From a virus (Duplodnaviria; Caudoviricetes): a stretch of 64,000 bases of DNA. A program made the translations under genes and the position numbers. How positions within the stretch are numbered: position 1 is the stretch's first letter; the number at the start of each line of letters is the position of its first letter. The stretch lies in the IMG/VR virus record IMGVR_UViG_3300013368_000005, positions 122,591 to 186,590 of that record. The stretch is one strand, 5' to 3'. Shown here piece after piece: positions 19,527 through 28,969 of the stretch. The notes under the pieces were generated by a model. The model was not told the origin of the DNA, ran no database searches, and worked only from the letters and a program-made list of their open reading frames with translations.

Positions 19527-20273
19527 ATGAAATTCGATACACCTGTAAAAATTAAATTAGCTACGAAGTTTGGAGCTAAAAATAGAAATAATGTGGTTAT
19601 GTTTAGGGAACAATATGAAAATGTTATAAAAAATGACAATATTATAAAAGGAGTTAATGAGACAGGCTATTTATATATTTATGATAGATCTATAGTAGAT
19701 ACTAAAGAATATAGGGATAATGAATTTTCAGGAGCAGACATTAAATATATTGTAGGTAAATTAAAGAGTTTAGATGATATAGACTTAGATAATATGACAA
19801 TGTTAATATATTTTGATAAAGAATATATAGATACATTAGGCGATTTATCAAAATATGTAATAGATATGCATTATTATGCAAAGTGCCATTGGCATAATAA
19901 TATAAATATAATAAGTGATATCTCTATGCTTAAATGCTATACAATGTCATTAGAAGCTCTTTCTGCATATCATGGTGTAGATGTAATCTATCTTGATATA
20001 GACAAAAGATTAACGCATCTTGCTGGTTATAGATTAGGTAGGTCTATTTATAATGAACAAATTAAGGATAAGATTAATGAAAATAATTATTTAAGTATAG
20101 TATTTCCTGATCATGTAGAAAATGTTTTTCGTTCATTTATATTTGGTTTAACTGATAATATCGGTATGAGCTACGAATTGGAGAGACTATCGCTTATAGG
20201 AAAGAGTACTAAAATAATAGATAGTTTTGAAAAACACAAACAAAATGATAAAATGTTAGTAACAGAGGTATAG
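19527..20273 (+). CDS. Hypothetical protein
   Basis: SD AAGGAG; 248 aa. Confidence 0.65.
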   Translation: MKFDTPVKIKLATKFGAKNRNNVVMFREQYENVIKNDNIIKGVNETGYLYIYDRSIVDTKEYRDNEFSGADIKYIVGKLKSLDDIDLDNMTMLIYFDKEYIDTLGDLSKYVIDMHYYAKCHWHNNINIISDISMLKCYTMSLEALSAYHGVDVIYLDIDKRLTHLAGYRLGRSIYNEQIKDKINENNYLSIVFPDHVENVFRSFIFGLTDNIGMSYELERLSLIGKSTKIIDSFEKHKQNDKMLVTEV

Positions 20274-20303
20274 GAATTCCTATACCTCTCTCTTTATTTT
20301 TTT
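20264..20303 (+). terminator. Intrinsic terminator (26-bp perfect palindrome)
   Basis: AGAGGTATAGGAATTCCTATACCTCT followed by a T tract. Confidence 0.7.
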
Positions 20304-20309
20304 ATAAGA

Positions 20310-20443
20310 GCTTGTACATTTTTACAGTATACAAAACATTAAAATATTAATATTTTAATAATATTTAATTAAAAATTTATATACAAAATATAATGTCTTT
20401 ACAAGACAAATGAGCGGATTGTCAAATCTCACTTCGTGAGATT
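20310..20443 (+). repeat. Dispersed structured intergenic element, copy 1 (candidate ncRNA or origin)
   Basis: Shares the GCTTGTACATTTTTACA..TACAAAACATT 5' block and TTGTCAAATCTCACTTCGTGAGATT 3' block with 40739-40881. Confidence 0.8.
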
Positions 20444-20471
20444 ATTTGAGAAAGAGAAGAATAGTATAATA

Positions 20472-20753
20472 CTATTCTTCTAATTTATTCAACATATCTC
20501 TAAACTTTCTTTCATATTTATGTGTACATACTCTAAGTATAGAAGTTAAAACTCTTGTATTATTCTCTAAATGAATACTTCTACTAGGAAATTTACCTTC
20601 TAAGCAACAGTATATAATAATTTTTGCTAGATTAAAATTGGGAACGTGTGTATGACCTTTATTAAATTCTTTATTTTTATTTATTACTAAAAAAGACTTA
20701 TCGTTCATTTTAATTATTCTGTAGTTTTTATTACAGAATACACAGTTACCCAT
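20472..20753 (-). CDS. Small basic hypothetical protein
   Basis: SD AAGGGAG; Cys/His rich (CVFC, HTH). Confidence 0.65.
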   Translation of the reverse strand: MGNCVFCNKNYRIIKMNDKSFLVINKNKEFNKGHTHVPNFNLAKIIIYCCLEGKFPSRSIHLENNTRVLTSILRVCTHKYERKFRDMLNKLEE

Positions 20754-20768
20754 AATACTATCTCCCTT

Positions 20769-21725
20769 CTAATATTCTGCTAATCTATTATCATTTATTA
20801 CTATTAATGGATAAGTAATATCTAAGTTAGTATTCCTTGCAATACCATTTCTTTTATCGATAGATAAATCATCTATAAACATAGAATCTGGTTTAGTTAC
20901 ATTAGGAACACTCTCTCCTGTAGTTACATCCATTACATCAAACCATCTTTGACCTGTAGAACCATCGTATACTACTACAGTCTTTATATTACTGTCTTGT
21001 TCTAATCTCATCATATTTTGAGCTGGTGACATGTTTTGAGCATAATTTGCATAAGGATCTTCTTGGGCTATACCAGTTCTAATTATATTAGATGCAGAAA
21101 TAGGACTTGTAAAATCTGCTACATTCATTGGTATAGATGGTCCATTATAAGTTCCTGATGGTGTATTAATATATGCTTGATATAAGTCCATAATTCTCTT
21201 ATCATCATCAACTTTATCTTCAGACATTTTGAGGTCTTTAATTCTTTTCATGTCCAAGTTATGACAATCTGTAATAGTTTTATTTAACTCTCTGATTGCT
21301 GTAACTTTTGTTCCTATTAGAGTACTAGCAGTACTGGTAAGCATAGCAATATAATCATATTTCTTTTTTAATGTTTTAGAACCTTTAATCAAATCTAATT
21401 CAGTTTTGATATCATTCTGAAAAACATCTATTTGAGCTACTGAATTTCTAAGTAAATTATTCGTTTCTGAATAACTTTCTAAATATGGTTGATTAGATTG
21501 GTATAAAGGTAAATCGGAATCATCTTGATTTGCTAATATTATATCGTTTCCATCACTTAACCTCTTAGTTGATACTGACTTACCTTTCTTTTTCTTCTTT
21601 GTAGATAGGTCCATATCTGAACCTATCAAATCTAACGGAATAGGCTCTGCCTCTGTTGTAAAGAAATCAAAGTTTACTCCACTAGAACCCCCTTTTTCTT
21701 CTTTAAAAGTAACCATTTTCTTCAT
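20769..21725 (-). CDS. Hypothetical coiled-coil protein with N-terminal MKKMVTF motif
   Basis: SD AAGGAGG; AACA-N6-TA at 21746-21757. Confidence 0.7.
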   Translation of the reverse strand: MKKMVTFKEEKGGSSGVNFDFFTTEAEPIPLDLIGSDMDLSTKKKKKGKSVSTKRLSDGNDIILANQDDSDLPLYQSNQPYLESYSETNNLLRNSVAQIDVFQNDIKTELDLIKGSKTLKKKYDYIAMLTSTASTLIGTKVTAIRELNKTITDCHNLDMKRIKDLKMSEDKVDDDKRIMDLYQAYINTPSGTYNGPSIPMNVADFTSPISASNIIRTGIAQEDPYANYAQNMSPAQNMMRLEQDSNIKTVVVYDGSTGQRWFDVMDVTTGESVPNVTKPDSMFIDDLSIDKRNGIARNTNLDITYPLIVINDNRLAEY

Positions 21726-21778
21726 ATATAAAACCTCCTTCTAATTATTGGAATGTTTTACAATTTAATTTCCATTAT

Positions 21779-21792
21779 AATTATATATTATA
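21779..21792 (+). promoter_or_regulatory. Early-type promoter AATTATATATTATA
   Basis: Exact 14-mer heading a cluster of small acidic ORFs. Confidence 0.7.
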
Positions 21793-21851
21793 ATATTGAT
21801 AGTAATATGAACTATCAATACTGTATTTTAAATAAAAGGAGACGATTAATT

Positions 21852-22211
21852 ATGATTAAAATTGGAAATGAATGGATTGAAGAAAGTGAAGAATTTAAAA
21901 ATGAAAAAAGATATTTATGTGTACAAGAAGATAAACTAAAAGAAATAACAAATTACATGGATGAAGGAAAAATAGAATATGAGAAGGCATCTATATATGA
22001 ATTTGCAGCTAAAGAGAGAACTAAAACTCTATTTATAACTATCGATAAGACAGATAAAGTATCAAAAGAACAACGTGATTTTTATTATAAAGAATTATAT
22101 AAAACAATGAGGAATGAGGTTAAATTGACCACTCCATTATTACTGGAATTTTGTCCTCAAGATGAAAATGATATTAACGGTATCGACTATATTAATGAAG
22201 ATTTTAGATAG
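21852..22211 (+). CDS. Early hypothetical protein (paralogue of 23020)
   Basis: Start MIKIGNEW after AAGGAG; shares IEYEKAS with 23020. Confidence 0.7.
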   Translation: MIKIGNEWIEESEEFKNEKRYLCVQEDKLKEITNYMDEGKIEYEKASIYEFAAKERTKTLFITIDKTDKVSKEQRDFYYKELYKTMRNEVKLTTPLLLEFCPQDENDINGIDYINEDFR

Positions 22212-22305
22212 AAAAATAAAAGTCAATCATGAAAGGAATATAAAATATAGGTTACTATTTTTGTAGTAACCTATTATTAATATTAAAAGTAAAGGGAGAT
22301 TAATT

Positions 22306-22443
22306 ATGGAAATAAAACAATATACAAATCTAAATGAAAAAGATAAAATAAAGGTTAAAAAGAATATTAAAGGAAAGGGATCGCCATATCTAATTCAAGA
22401 ATTTATACATCCAATATCTAAATACTTATTTATAATAAAATAG
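22306..22443 (+). CDS. Small hypothetical protein (45 aa, MEIKQYTNL...)
   Basis: SD AAGGGAG; below the ORF-track cutoff. Confidence 0.5.
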   Translation: MEIKQYTNLNEKDKIKVKKNIKGKGSPYLIQEFIHPISKYLFIIK

Positions 22444-22459
22444 AAGGAAGGGTTTTATT

Positions 22460-22681
22460 ATGATTGTAAAAAAGATAACCATTACTAACGAGAGAGGTAA
22501 AATAATAATGAATGAAGTTTTAGAAGAGAATGAACTTCCGTGTCTTTCAGATTTTGATGAGATATTTAGTAATAATGATACAGAAGGATGGATAAAATCC
22601 CTCCATTATGACATATTAAGAAATTTATTAGAAGAAAATCGCATTGATTATTCTGTATTATTTATAGATACAGAAATATAA
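22460..22681 (+). CDS. Small acidic hypothetical protein
   Basis: SD; in the early cluster. Confidence 0.65.
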   Translation: MIVKKITITNERGKIIMNEVLEENELPCLSDFDEIFSNNDTEGWIKSLHYDILRNLLEENRIDYSVLFIDTEI

Positions 22682-22701
22682 ATAAAGGGGAGATATTTAT
22701 T

Positions 22702-23016
22702 ATGACAAAATATATAGGATTAAAAGAACAAGAATTATTAGAAGAAGCAGTTGGCTTATTAAAAGAAACTGGAATCGATTGTGAAGCAAAAAGTGCAATG
22801 CAGTGGATTATAGAAGAACAAGCAGATGATTTAGCATCGCAACAAATAGAAATGAATGATGAAGTAAAAAATAATTTTAAGAATCATCTTCTATTAGCTC
22901 TTGAAAATGAAGAGTATAATGGAGAAGGGTTACTAAATGATGATATAATCCAAGAAGTATATAATAATACAAGAGAGCAATTCGATATTATAGACTCTAT
23001 TATTGAGGAGGAATAA
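22702..23016 (+). CDS. Small acidic hypothetical protein (distant member of the 21852/23020 family)
   Basis: SD GGGGAG; YI..L...GIDCEAKS pattern. Confidence 0.65.
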   Translation: MTKYIGLKEQELLEEAVGLLKETGIDCEAKSAMQWIIEEQADDLASQQIEMNDEVKNNFKNHLLLALENEEYNGEGLLNDDIIQEVYNNTREQFDIIDSIIEEE

Positions 23017-23019
23017 TGT

Positions 23020-23382
23020 ATGATTAGAATACAAAATCATTATATAGAACAAGATGAGAGATTTAAAACATTGCAACAATATATAACAGTGCAGCCCGAA
23101 AATTTGAATAAAGTAACTTCATTCTTAGAGGAAAATAATATAGAATATGAAAAAGCTTCTCTTTCTGAACATGTGTGCAATTCATTAGCAGAAGATCTTA
23201 CACATGAAAGACTTGATGAAGAAACTATAACTAAACAAGAAATGGGGGAATTTCATGAAAATATATATAAGGCAATGATAAAAAATGTATTTTCGGAGGA
23301 TAATTATAATCCTTATAATTATAATTTTGGATATGATATGGAATTGGTTTTAGAAAAGGAGAGAAGTGAAAAATGGAAATAA
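23020..23382 (+). CDS. Early hypothetical protein (paralogue of 21852)
   Basis: MIRIQNHYIE...IEYEKAS. Confidence 0.7.
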   Translation: MIRIQNHYIEQDERFKTLQQYITVQPENLNKVTSFLEENNIEYEKASLSEHVCNSLAEDLTHERLDEETITKQEMGEFHENIYKAMIKNVFSEDNYNPYNYNFGYDMELVLEKERSEKWK

Positions 23383-23690
23383 TGAAAAGAACAACTGATA
23401 GAGGGTTTGATATTATCGAATTCAAAGATTGGTATAATCATTCATGTAGTATTCAGAGAAGTTCATCACAAACAATAGATTCCAATGAGGAAAAAGAAAC
23501 TATATGGTTTGGCATCAATGATGCTGAACCAATAATACTAGCTAGTAAAATAATTAAAGGGGGCACTGGATGGGCTAGTTATCCTATACCTGATGATGTA
23601 TTTATACCAACTCGTATGCATTTAACTAGGGAACAAGTAAAAGAATTGATACCTATATTACAAAAGTTTGTAGATGAGGGCGAGATATAA
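23373..23690 (+). CDS. Phage hypothetical protein
   Basis: TDRGF...CSIQRSS...IWFG...RMHLTREQVKELIPILQKFVDEGE pattern, recalled as common among phage hypotheticals. Confidence 0.7.
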   Translation: MEIMKRTTDRGFDIIEFKDWYNHSCSIQRSSSQTIDSNEEKETIWFGINDAEPIILASKIIKGGTGWASYPIPDDVFIPTRMHLTREQVKELIPILQKFVDEGEI

Positions 23691-23933
23691 AGATACTTGA
23701 TAAATTTATTGAAAACTTCGTTTGTATAAATACACTTATTAGGTTATGGACCTCACGAAAGTGGACATAAAATGCTATGAGAACAAAATAAAGAAGTATG
23801 TATGGAATGGGAATTATTAAAGAATAAAGTATGGCAATCTAAGTATAGAGATTGTAAAGTTATTGAAGTGACTGATATCTTAACAGAAACTACTAAAGAA
23901 GCAGTAAATAAAGTAATATATCTACAGGAGTAG
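23687..23933 (+). pseudogene. Probable decayed small gene (frameshift plus TGA)
   Basis: Coding-like pieces FIENFVCINTLIRLW and GHKML*EQNKEVCMEWELLKNKVWQSKY... lie in different frames. Confidence 0.35.
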
Positions 23934-24058
23934 GATTTTCACTATACTGTAAATAAACTAGCATTAATCGTGCTAGTTTATTTTTTATTTTGTATGCAAC
24001 ATATATATAATGCGTAAAGTGACCACTAAAGGTTAATAAGGAAGAAAGAAGTGATTTT

Positions 24059-26011
24059 ATGTTGCTAAAAAATTATATAGAAGGGTCAGATTTGACATTA
24101 TTAAATACTTATTATTTATATCCACAAAAGAATGAAGAAACAGGAAAATGGAGTAAAGATTCAATCACTCTGATTTATAAAGATAATGTTACGGGACAAA
24201 AACATCATGAAACAATACATGAGCCAGATTATGAATTCTATATGGCAAAACCAGAAGAAATGATTGATCATAATATGCTCTTTATAGAAAAAGAGAAAGT
24301 ACAAAAAATATCATCACCATATAGTAAATTAGAAAAAACAATAGCAGAAGTTACCGACAATCTACCATTTTATTATGATAATATAAAAAATGGTAATAGA
24401 AGAGCAAATCAAAGATTACATGACGATACGAGAATATTTGGTTCTGATAGTAATATAGAAGAGCACTATAGATTTAGATTTGATAATGAATATACAAATA
24501 GCATCATACCTATATCTAAAGCATATTTCGATATAGAAGCAGATACTATTAATATGAAGGGAGATTTCCCAGAGCCAGGAGAGTGTCCAGTAAATGCAGT
24601 AACACTCATTAACGAAGCAACAAATAAAGTTTATGTATTTCTATTAAGAAATCCAAATAATCCTTTAATAGAAGAATTTGAAAAATCTATAAATAATGAT
24701 TTATTTGTAGAATTAAAAGACTTTATAAGAGATTCAGTTGGAGGGTATAAAAAAGAGATAAAATATGGATTAGATAAATTACAATATGAGTTTCTTTTTT
24801 ATGATGAAGAAATAGGTTTATTACAAGAGTTATTTTTAGCAATAAATACATTACAACCAGACTTTATAATGGCATGGAACATGGCATTCGATATGCCATA
24901 TATGATTCAGAGAATTAAAAATTTAGGTTATTCAGCAGAATCTATAATCTGTCATCCAGATTTTGAGGTTAAGGTTTGTAAATATAAAATAGATGAAAAT
25001 GCAGATATATTATCCGAAAGGGGGGATGATGCAACAATTAGTTCTTATACAAAATATATAGATCAATTAATACAATTTGCATCTAGAAGAAAAGGTCAAG
25101 GAGTATTCTCAAACTTTAAATTAGACTCCATAGGAAATCTAACTGTAGGGGTTAAAAAATTAGATTATTCTCATATCACTACTAGTATAGCAAAATTACC
25201 ATATTTAAATTATAAGGTGTTTGTTTTTTATAATATCATAGACGTAATTGTTCAAAAATGTATAGAATCAAAAGTTGGTGATATAGACTATACTTTTAAT
25301 AAATGTCTAATAAATAATACAAGATATAATAAAGCACATAGACAAACTGTATATCTCGTAAATAGAGGAAAAAAAGAGTTTTATACAGATGGGTTTATAA
25401 TGGGAAATAATACAAATAGGAAAAACGCTAAGCCAACAGAAAAATTCCCAGGTGCATTTGTTGCAGACCCAATGAAATTAGATGATTATGCTAAATTAAA
25501 ACGATATGGATTGCCAGTAAACATATTTAATAATTCTGATGACTTTGACTATAAATCACTATATCCAAGTATAATGAGAGAATTTAATATTGCACCTCAT
25601 ACACAAATAGGAAGAATCGATATATTGGATAAGATGTATAACAATGAAGATCCATTTAATAATAAATATTATAATAGAGGTGGAGCATTTATAGAAGATT
25701 TACATTCGGGGGTATTTTTACAATTTGGTCATAGGTGGTTAGGACTAGCACAGTATAGCGATTTATATAAGGATATATTAGAATACTTTACTAAAAGAGC
25801 ATTTAGTGCTAATCCAGTGTTTATGTTTAACGATAAAGGTCAAGTTCCTATGGTTAGATTTAGGCAAGAAGGACAAATGATGAAGATGGTTTCATTTGAT
25901 GAAGGTAAACAAAGAATGGTTTATAAATATTATCAAAAACCAGATTATCAAAATATATATGATAATATAAATAGAAATGGGGTTGCTATAGGTGTTGGTA
26001 CAATTGAATAA
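24059..26011 (+). CDS. Family-B DNA polymerase, N-terminal subunit (3'-5' exonuclease plus motif A)
   Basis: ExoI YFDIEAD, ExoII AWNMAFD, ExoIII YNIID, motif A DFDYKSLYPS; lacks motifs B and C. Confidence 0.9.
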   Translation: MLLKNYIEGSDLTLLNTYYLYPQKNEETGKWSKDSITLIYKDNVTGQKHHETIHEPDYEFYMAKPEEMIDHNMLFIEKEKVQKISSPYSKLEKTIAEVTDNLPFYYDNIKNGNRRANQRLHDDTRIFGSDSNIEEHYRFRFDNEYTNSIIPISKAYFDIEADTINMKGDFPEPGECPVNAVTLINEATNKVYVFLLRNPNNPLIEEFEKSINNDLFVELKDFIRDSVGGYKKEIKYGLDKLQYEFLFYDEEIGLLQELFLAINTLQPDFIMAWNMAFDMPYMIQRIKNLGYSAESIICHPDFEVKVCKYKIDENADILSERGDDATISSYTKYIDQLIQFASRRKGQGVFSNFKLDSIGNLTVGVKKLDYSHITTSIAKLPYLNYKVFVFYNIIDVIVQKCIESKVGDIDYTFNKCLINNTRYNKAHRQTVYLVNRGKKEFYTDGFIMGNNTNRKNAKPTEKFPGAFVADPMKLDDYAKLKRYGLPVNIFNNSDDFDYKSLYPSIMREFNIAPHTQIGRIDILDKMYNNEDPFNNKYYNRGGAFIEDLHSGVFLQFGHRWLGLAQYSDLYKDILEYFTKRAFSANPVFMFNDKGQVPMVRFRQEGQMMKMVSFDEGKQRMVYKYYQKPDYQNIYDNINRNGVAIGVGTIE

Positions 26012-26621
26012 ACAACAATTAAAAGAGTTAATAACCGAAGCAAAAAAAATCAAGTCTGATATAATTTATATCAGACCTGATGGAAATATATATGGTACAG
26101 ATATAAATTTCTTTCATCTAAAATCAAGTACGACATCAATATTGGGTTTTGAATTATGCTATCTGTCTAAAGATATGGATGCTTTTATTAAAAATATAGA
26201 TGATATAGCAGTGGAGAAAATAATTATAAATGGTATAAATATGATAGCAGAAAATGGTGCAGTAGTTCAAGTATTAAATCCATTTTCTATAAATGAAATT
26301 AATAATAAAATTATTAGATTATCATATATGATAAATAATCCAATAATTTATACAAATGAATCATTACAAGAAGATGATGTATTTCAATCTATAATATCTT
26401 TAAAAACGTCGGATGGTTCTACTATATATAAAATTGATTATATTTATATGATGTCTGTATTTAAAACCTTATTACCAATTAATAAAGGAGATAAAGTCTT
26501 ATTAAATATAATTGATATAGGTCAAGAAAGATTTTTATCAAATTTCACTGTAGTAAAAAAGAAAAATGTTATAATAAATATATACTATATTATGAGATAT
26601 TTAAATACATCAAATCGATAA
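25992..26621 (+). CDS. Hypothetical protein overlapping the DNA polymerase gene; candidate sliding clamp
   Basis: GTG start, 209 aa; N-terminal LKELITEAKKIKSDIIYIRPDGNIYGTD resembles a PCNA/gp45-type helix-strand start. Confidence 0.5.
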   Translation: MLVQLNKQQLKELITEAKKIKSDIIYIRPDGNIYGTDINFFHLKSSTTSILGFELCYLSKDMDAFIKNIDDIAVEKIIINGINMIAENGAVVQVLNPFSINEINNKIIRLSYMINNPIIYTNESLQEDDVFQSIISLKTSDGSTIYKIDYIYMMSVFKTLLPINKGDKVLLNIIDIGQERFLSNFTVVKKKNVIINIYYIMRYLNTSNR

Positions 26622-26636
26622 AGATTTGATGTATTT

Positions 26637-26648
26637 AACATCTAATTA
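26637..26648 (+). promoter_or_regulatory. Late-type promoter AACA-N6-TA (portal)
   Basis: AACATCTAATTA. Confidence 0.7.
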
Positions 26649-26680
26649 AGTAATACTAATTATTTAAGGGGGAACTTCAC

Positions 26681-28924
26681 ATGGCTAAAAACAAAGAAAA
26701 TTCTATAAATAAAAACCTTGTGGTCTCGTTAATGAAAAATATACAAGGTAATATACAAAATATATACAGAAATACTCATATAACTTCCACAACGAATATG
26801 AATGATATGAATAGTATAAAGGCATCGATTGATAAATCTATGGATAATATATCTATGAGGAATGTAGATGCTGTCGGTTCTACATCAATATCTTCCTTGT
26901 ATGCAAGAATACAAGATAAAAATGGAGGTAGTATTGCAGATACTAAATTTACTAATGAAGTACAATCAATATTTGAAGATAAAATGCTTACAGATACATT
27001 GGCTATGGCATTCGCAGACAACAAAGATCTAAAAGAATACGATGAAGAAATAGATACAATATGTAAATATATGTCTTCATTAGATGATGCTCTAGAAGCA
27101 AAGAAGGATAATGTTTTATCAGCTGATCACTTTTCTAAGGATTTTTTAAATGCTAGAAACGCTTCTAATATGGATAATATAAATTTATTTAGTAGCAGAA
27201 TAAAAGAAATGAAGAAAAAATATAATCTCTTAGAGTTTTTAGAGGATACTTATGATAATGCTAGTAGATACGGCGAAGACTTTATATATATGGTAGACTA
27301 TAACAAAGCATTAAAAAAATTATTAGCTACAAAAAATAGTTCTATATTACGCTCTAATTTATATTCAACTAATGAGTCTGCTAAAATAAATGATCAAGGA
27401 ATTATAACAGAAACTTTTAGTTTTAAGAATATGTATGATGAAAATAATACATCCGAGAGTGGAAAAACAGACATACCTACAGGGGAATTTAAATGTACAA
27501 TGAATGTTACAGGTATATTAACAGAATCAGTAGAACAGCATCAAAATCTTAAAAATATAATTGAAAAGACGAATAATATACACAAAAAGTTTGATAATAT
27601 ATTTACAGATAAACAAGAATATGACTTAGAAGGTCCAAATAATTCTACATCTTTAGATGGTACTATAGACATGAACAGAAATAATAAAGATAAAGTTGAT
27701 ATTAATGTTCCAGGCTGTATCATAAAGAGAATACCAAGGGAGAATATCATTGTTGTATATATAGATCAAGTATGTCTAGGATATTATTATTTGGAATTTG
27801 ATATGAAAAATATGATTAAAAATGTTTCTTCTTCTGATCCTTTAGTTGGATTTAAAACTGCATTAAATAGAGTTGAAGCTAATAATGATACTAAAGAACA
27901 ATCTTTAAAATTTATAGCTTCTAAATTATCATCATTTATAGATAGACAGTTTATTAATAACAATCAAGATTTAAGAGAAGAAATATATATGATATTAAAG
28001 TATAATGATATTAGTATTAATAGTATGAATGAAGTAAAAATAACTTTTATACCTCCTGAAGATATGGTACATGTATACTTTGAGAAAGACCCAAAAACAA
28101 ATAGAGGTATATCTGATTTACACAAGTCTCTCGTACCAGCTAAATTCTTTGTTTCTTTATATGTAACTACTTGGTTAGGAATTATAACAAGAGGTTATGA
28201 TAAAAGAGTATATTATGTAAAGCAAAATGTAGATACTAATATAGCTAAAGTACTATTAAATACTGTTAATCAAATCAAAAAATCCAACTTTGGAGCTAGA
28301 GAAATTTCTAGTATTAAAACATTATTAAATATAGGTGGCAGATACCAAGATATGATAGTTCCAATGAATGCAACAGGCGAAAGCCCTATGAACTTTGAGA
28401 TTATGCAAGGTCAAAATATAGAAATTAAAACCGAACTATTAGATATGCTAGAACAAATGGCTATAAATTCTACGGATGTACCTTACGATTACGTTCAATC
28501 TAGAAAAAATGTAGACTATGCTGTACGATTAACAATGTCGAGTGGTAAGTTTTTAAGAAAGGTATTTAAAAGGCAATCTAAAACACAAGTCTTCTTTAGT
28601 AGAATATTTACTAAATTATATAATACCGAATACGATGAGAATGATATTATAGAAATAGAATTACCACCACCATCATTCTTAAATCTTATTAATACACAAC
28701 AAGTTATAGCTAGTACTAAAGAACAAGTTATGGAAATTGTTGAAATGGAAGCATCTCAAGAAGAACAAGATGTTCAAGATATGTTTAAAAATAAATTAAT
28801 GAAACATTATTTAGGAGGTCATCTAGATCTTAAAGCAATCGATGATATTAAGAAACAAGCTAAGATGGAAATAACAAAAGAGAGAGATTTAAAAAAGGCT
28901 GAACAAGAAGCGTCTAATAATTAA
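26681..28924 (+). CDS. Portal protein
   Basis: YDNASRYGEDF, RGYDKRVYYV (cf. T4 gp20 RAPERRVFY), STDVPYDY, FLRKVFKRQ; late promoter. Confidence 0.75.
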   Translation: MAKNKENSINKNLVVSLMKNIQGNIQNIYRNTHITSTTNMNDMNSIKASIDKSMDNISMRNVDAVGSTSISSLYARIQDKNGGSIADTKFTNEVQSIFEDKMLTDTLAMAFADNKDLKEYDEEIDTICKYMSSLDDALEAKKDNVLSADHFSKDFLNARNASNMDNINLFSSRIKEMKKKYNLLEFLEDTYDNASRYGEDFIYMVDYNKALKKLLATKNSSILRSNLYSTNESAKINDQGIITETFSFKNMYDENNTSESGKTDIPTGEFKCTMNVTGILTESVEQHQNLKNIIEKTNNIHKKFDNIFTDKQEYDLEGPNNSTSLDGTIDMNRNNKDKVDINVPGCIIKRIPRENIIVVYIDQVCLGYYYLEFDMKNMIKNVSSSDPLVGFKTALNRVEANNDTKEQSLKFIASKLSSFIDRQFINNNQDLREEIYMILKYNDISINSMNEVKITFIPPEDMVHVYFEKDPKTNRGISDLHKSLVPAKFFVSLYVTTWLGIITRGYDKRVYYVKQNVDTNIAKVLLNTVNQIKKSNFGAREISSIKTLLNIGGRYQDMIVPMNATGESPMNFEIMQGQNIEIKTELLDMLEQMAINSTDVPYDYVQSRKNVDYAVRLTMSSGKFLRKVFKRQSKTQVFFSRIFTKLYNTEYDENDIIEIELPPPSFLNLINTQQVIASTKEQVMEIVEMEASQEEQDVQDMFKNKLMKHYLGGHLDLKAIDDIKKQAKMEITKERDLKKAEQEASNN

Positions 28925-28930
28925 AAAACA

Positions 28931-28969
28931 AAATAAAGACTATACGGAAATTCCGTATAGTCTATTTTT
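28931..28969. terminator. Bidirectional terminator between convergent genes
   Basis: AGACTATACGGAA-A-TTCCGTATAGTCT. Confidence 0.75.
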
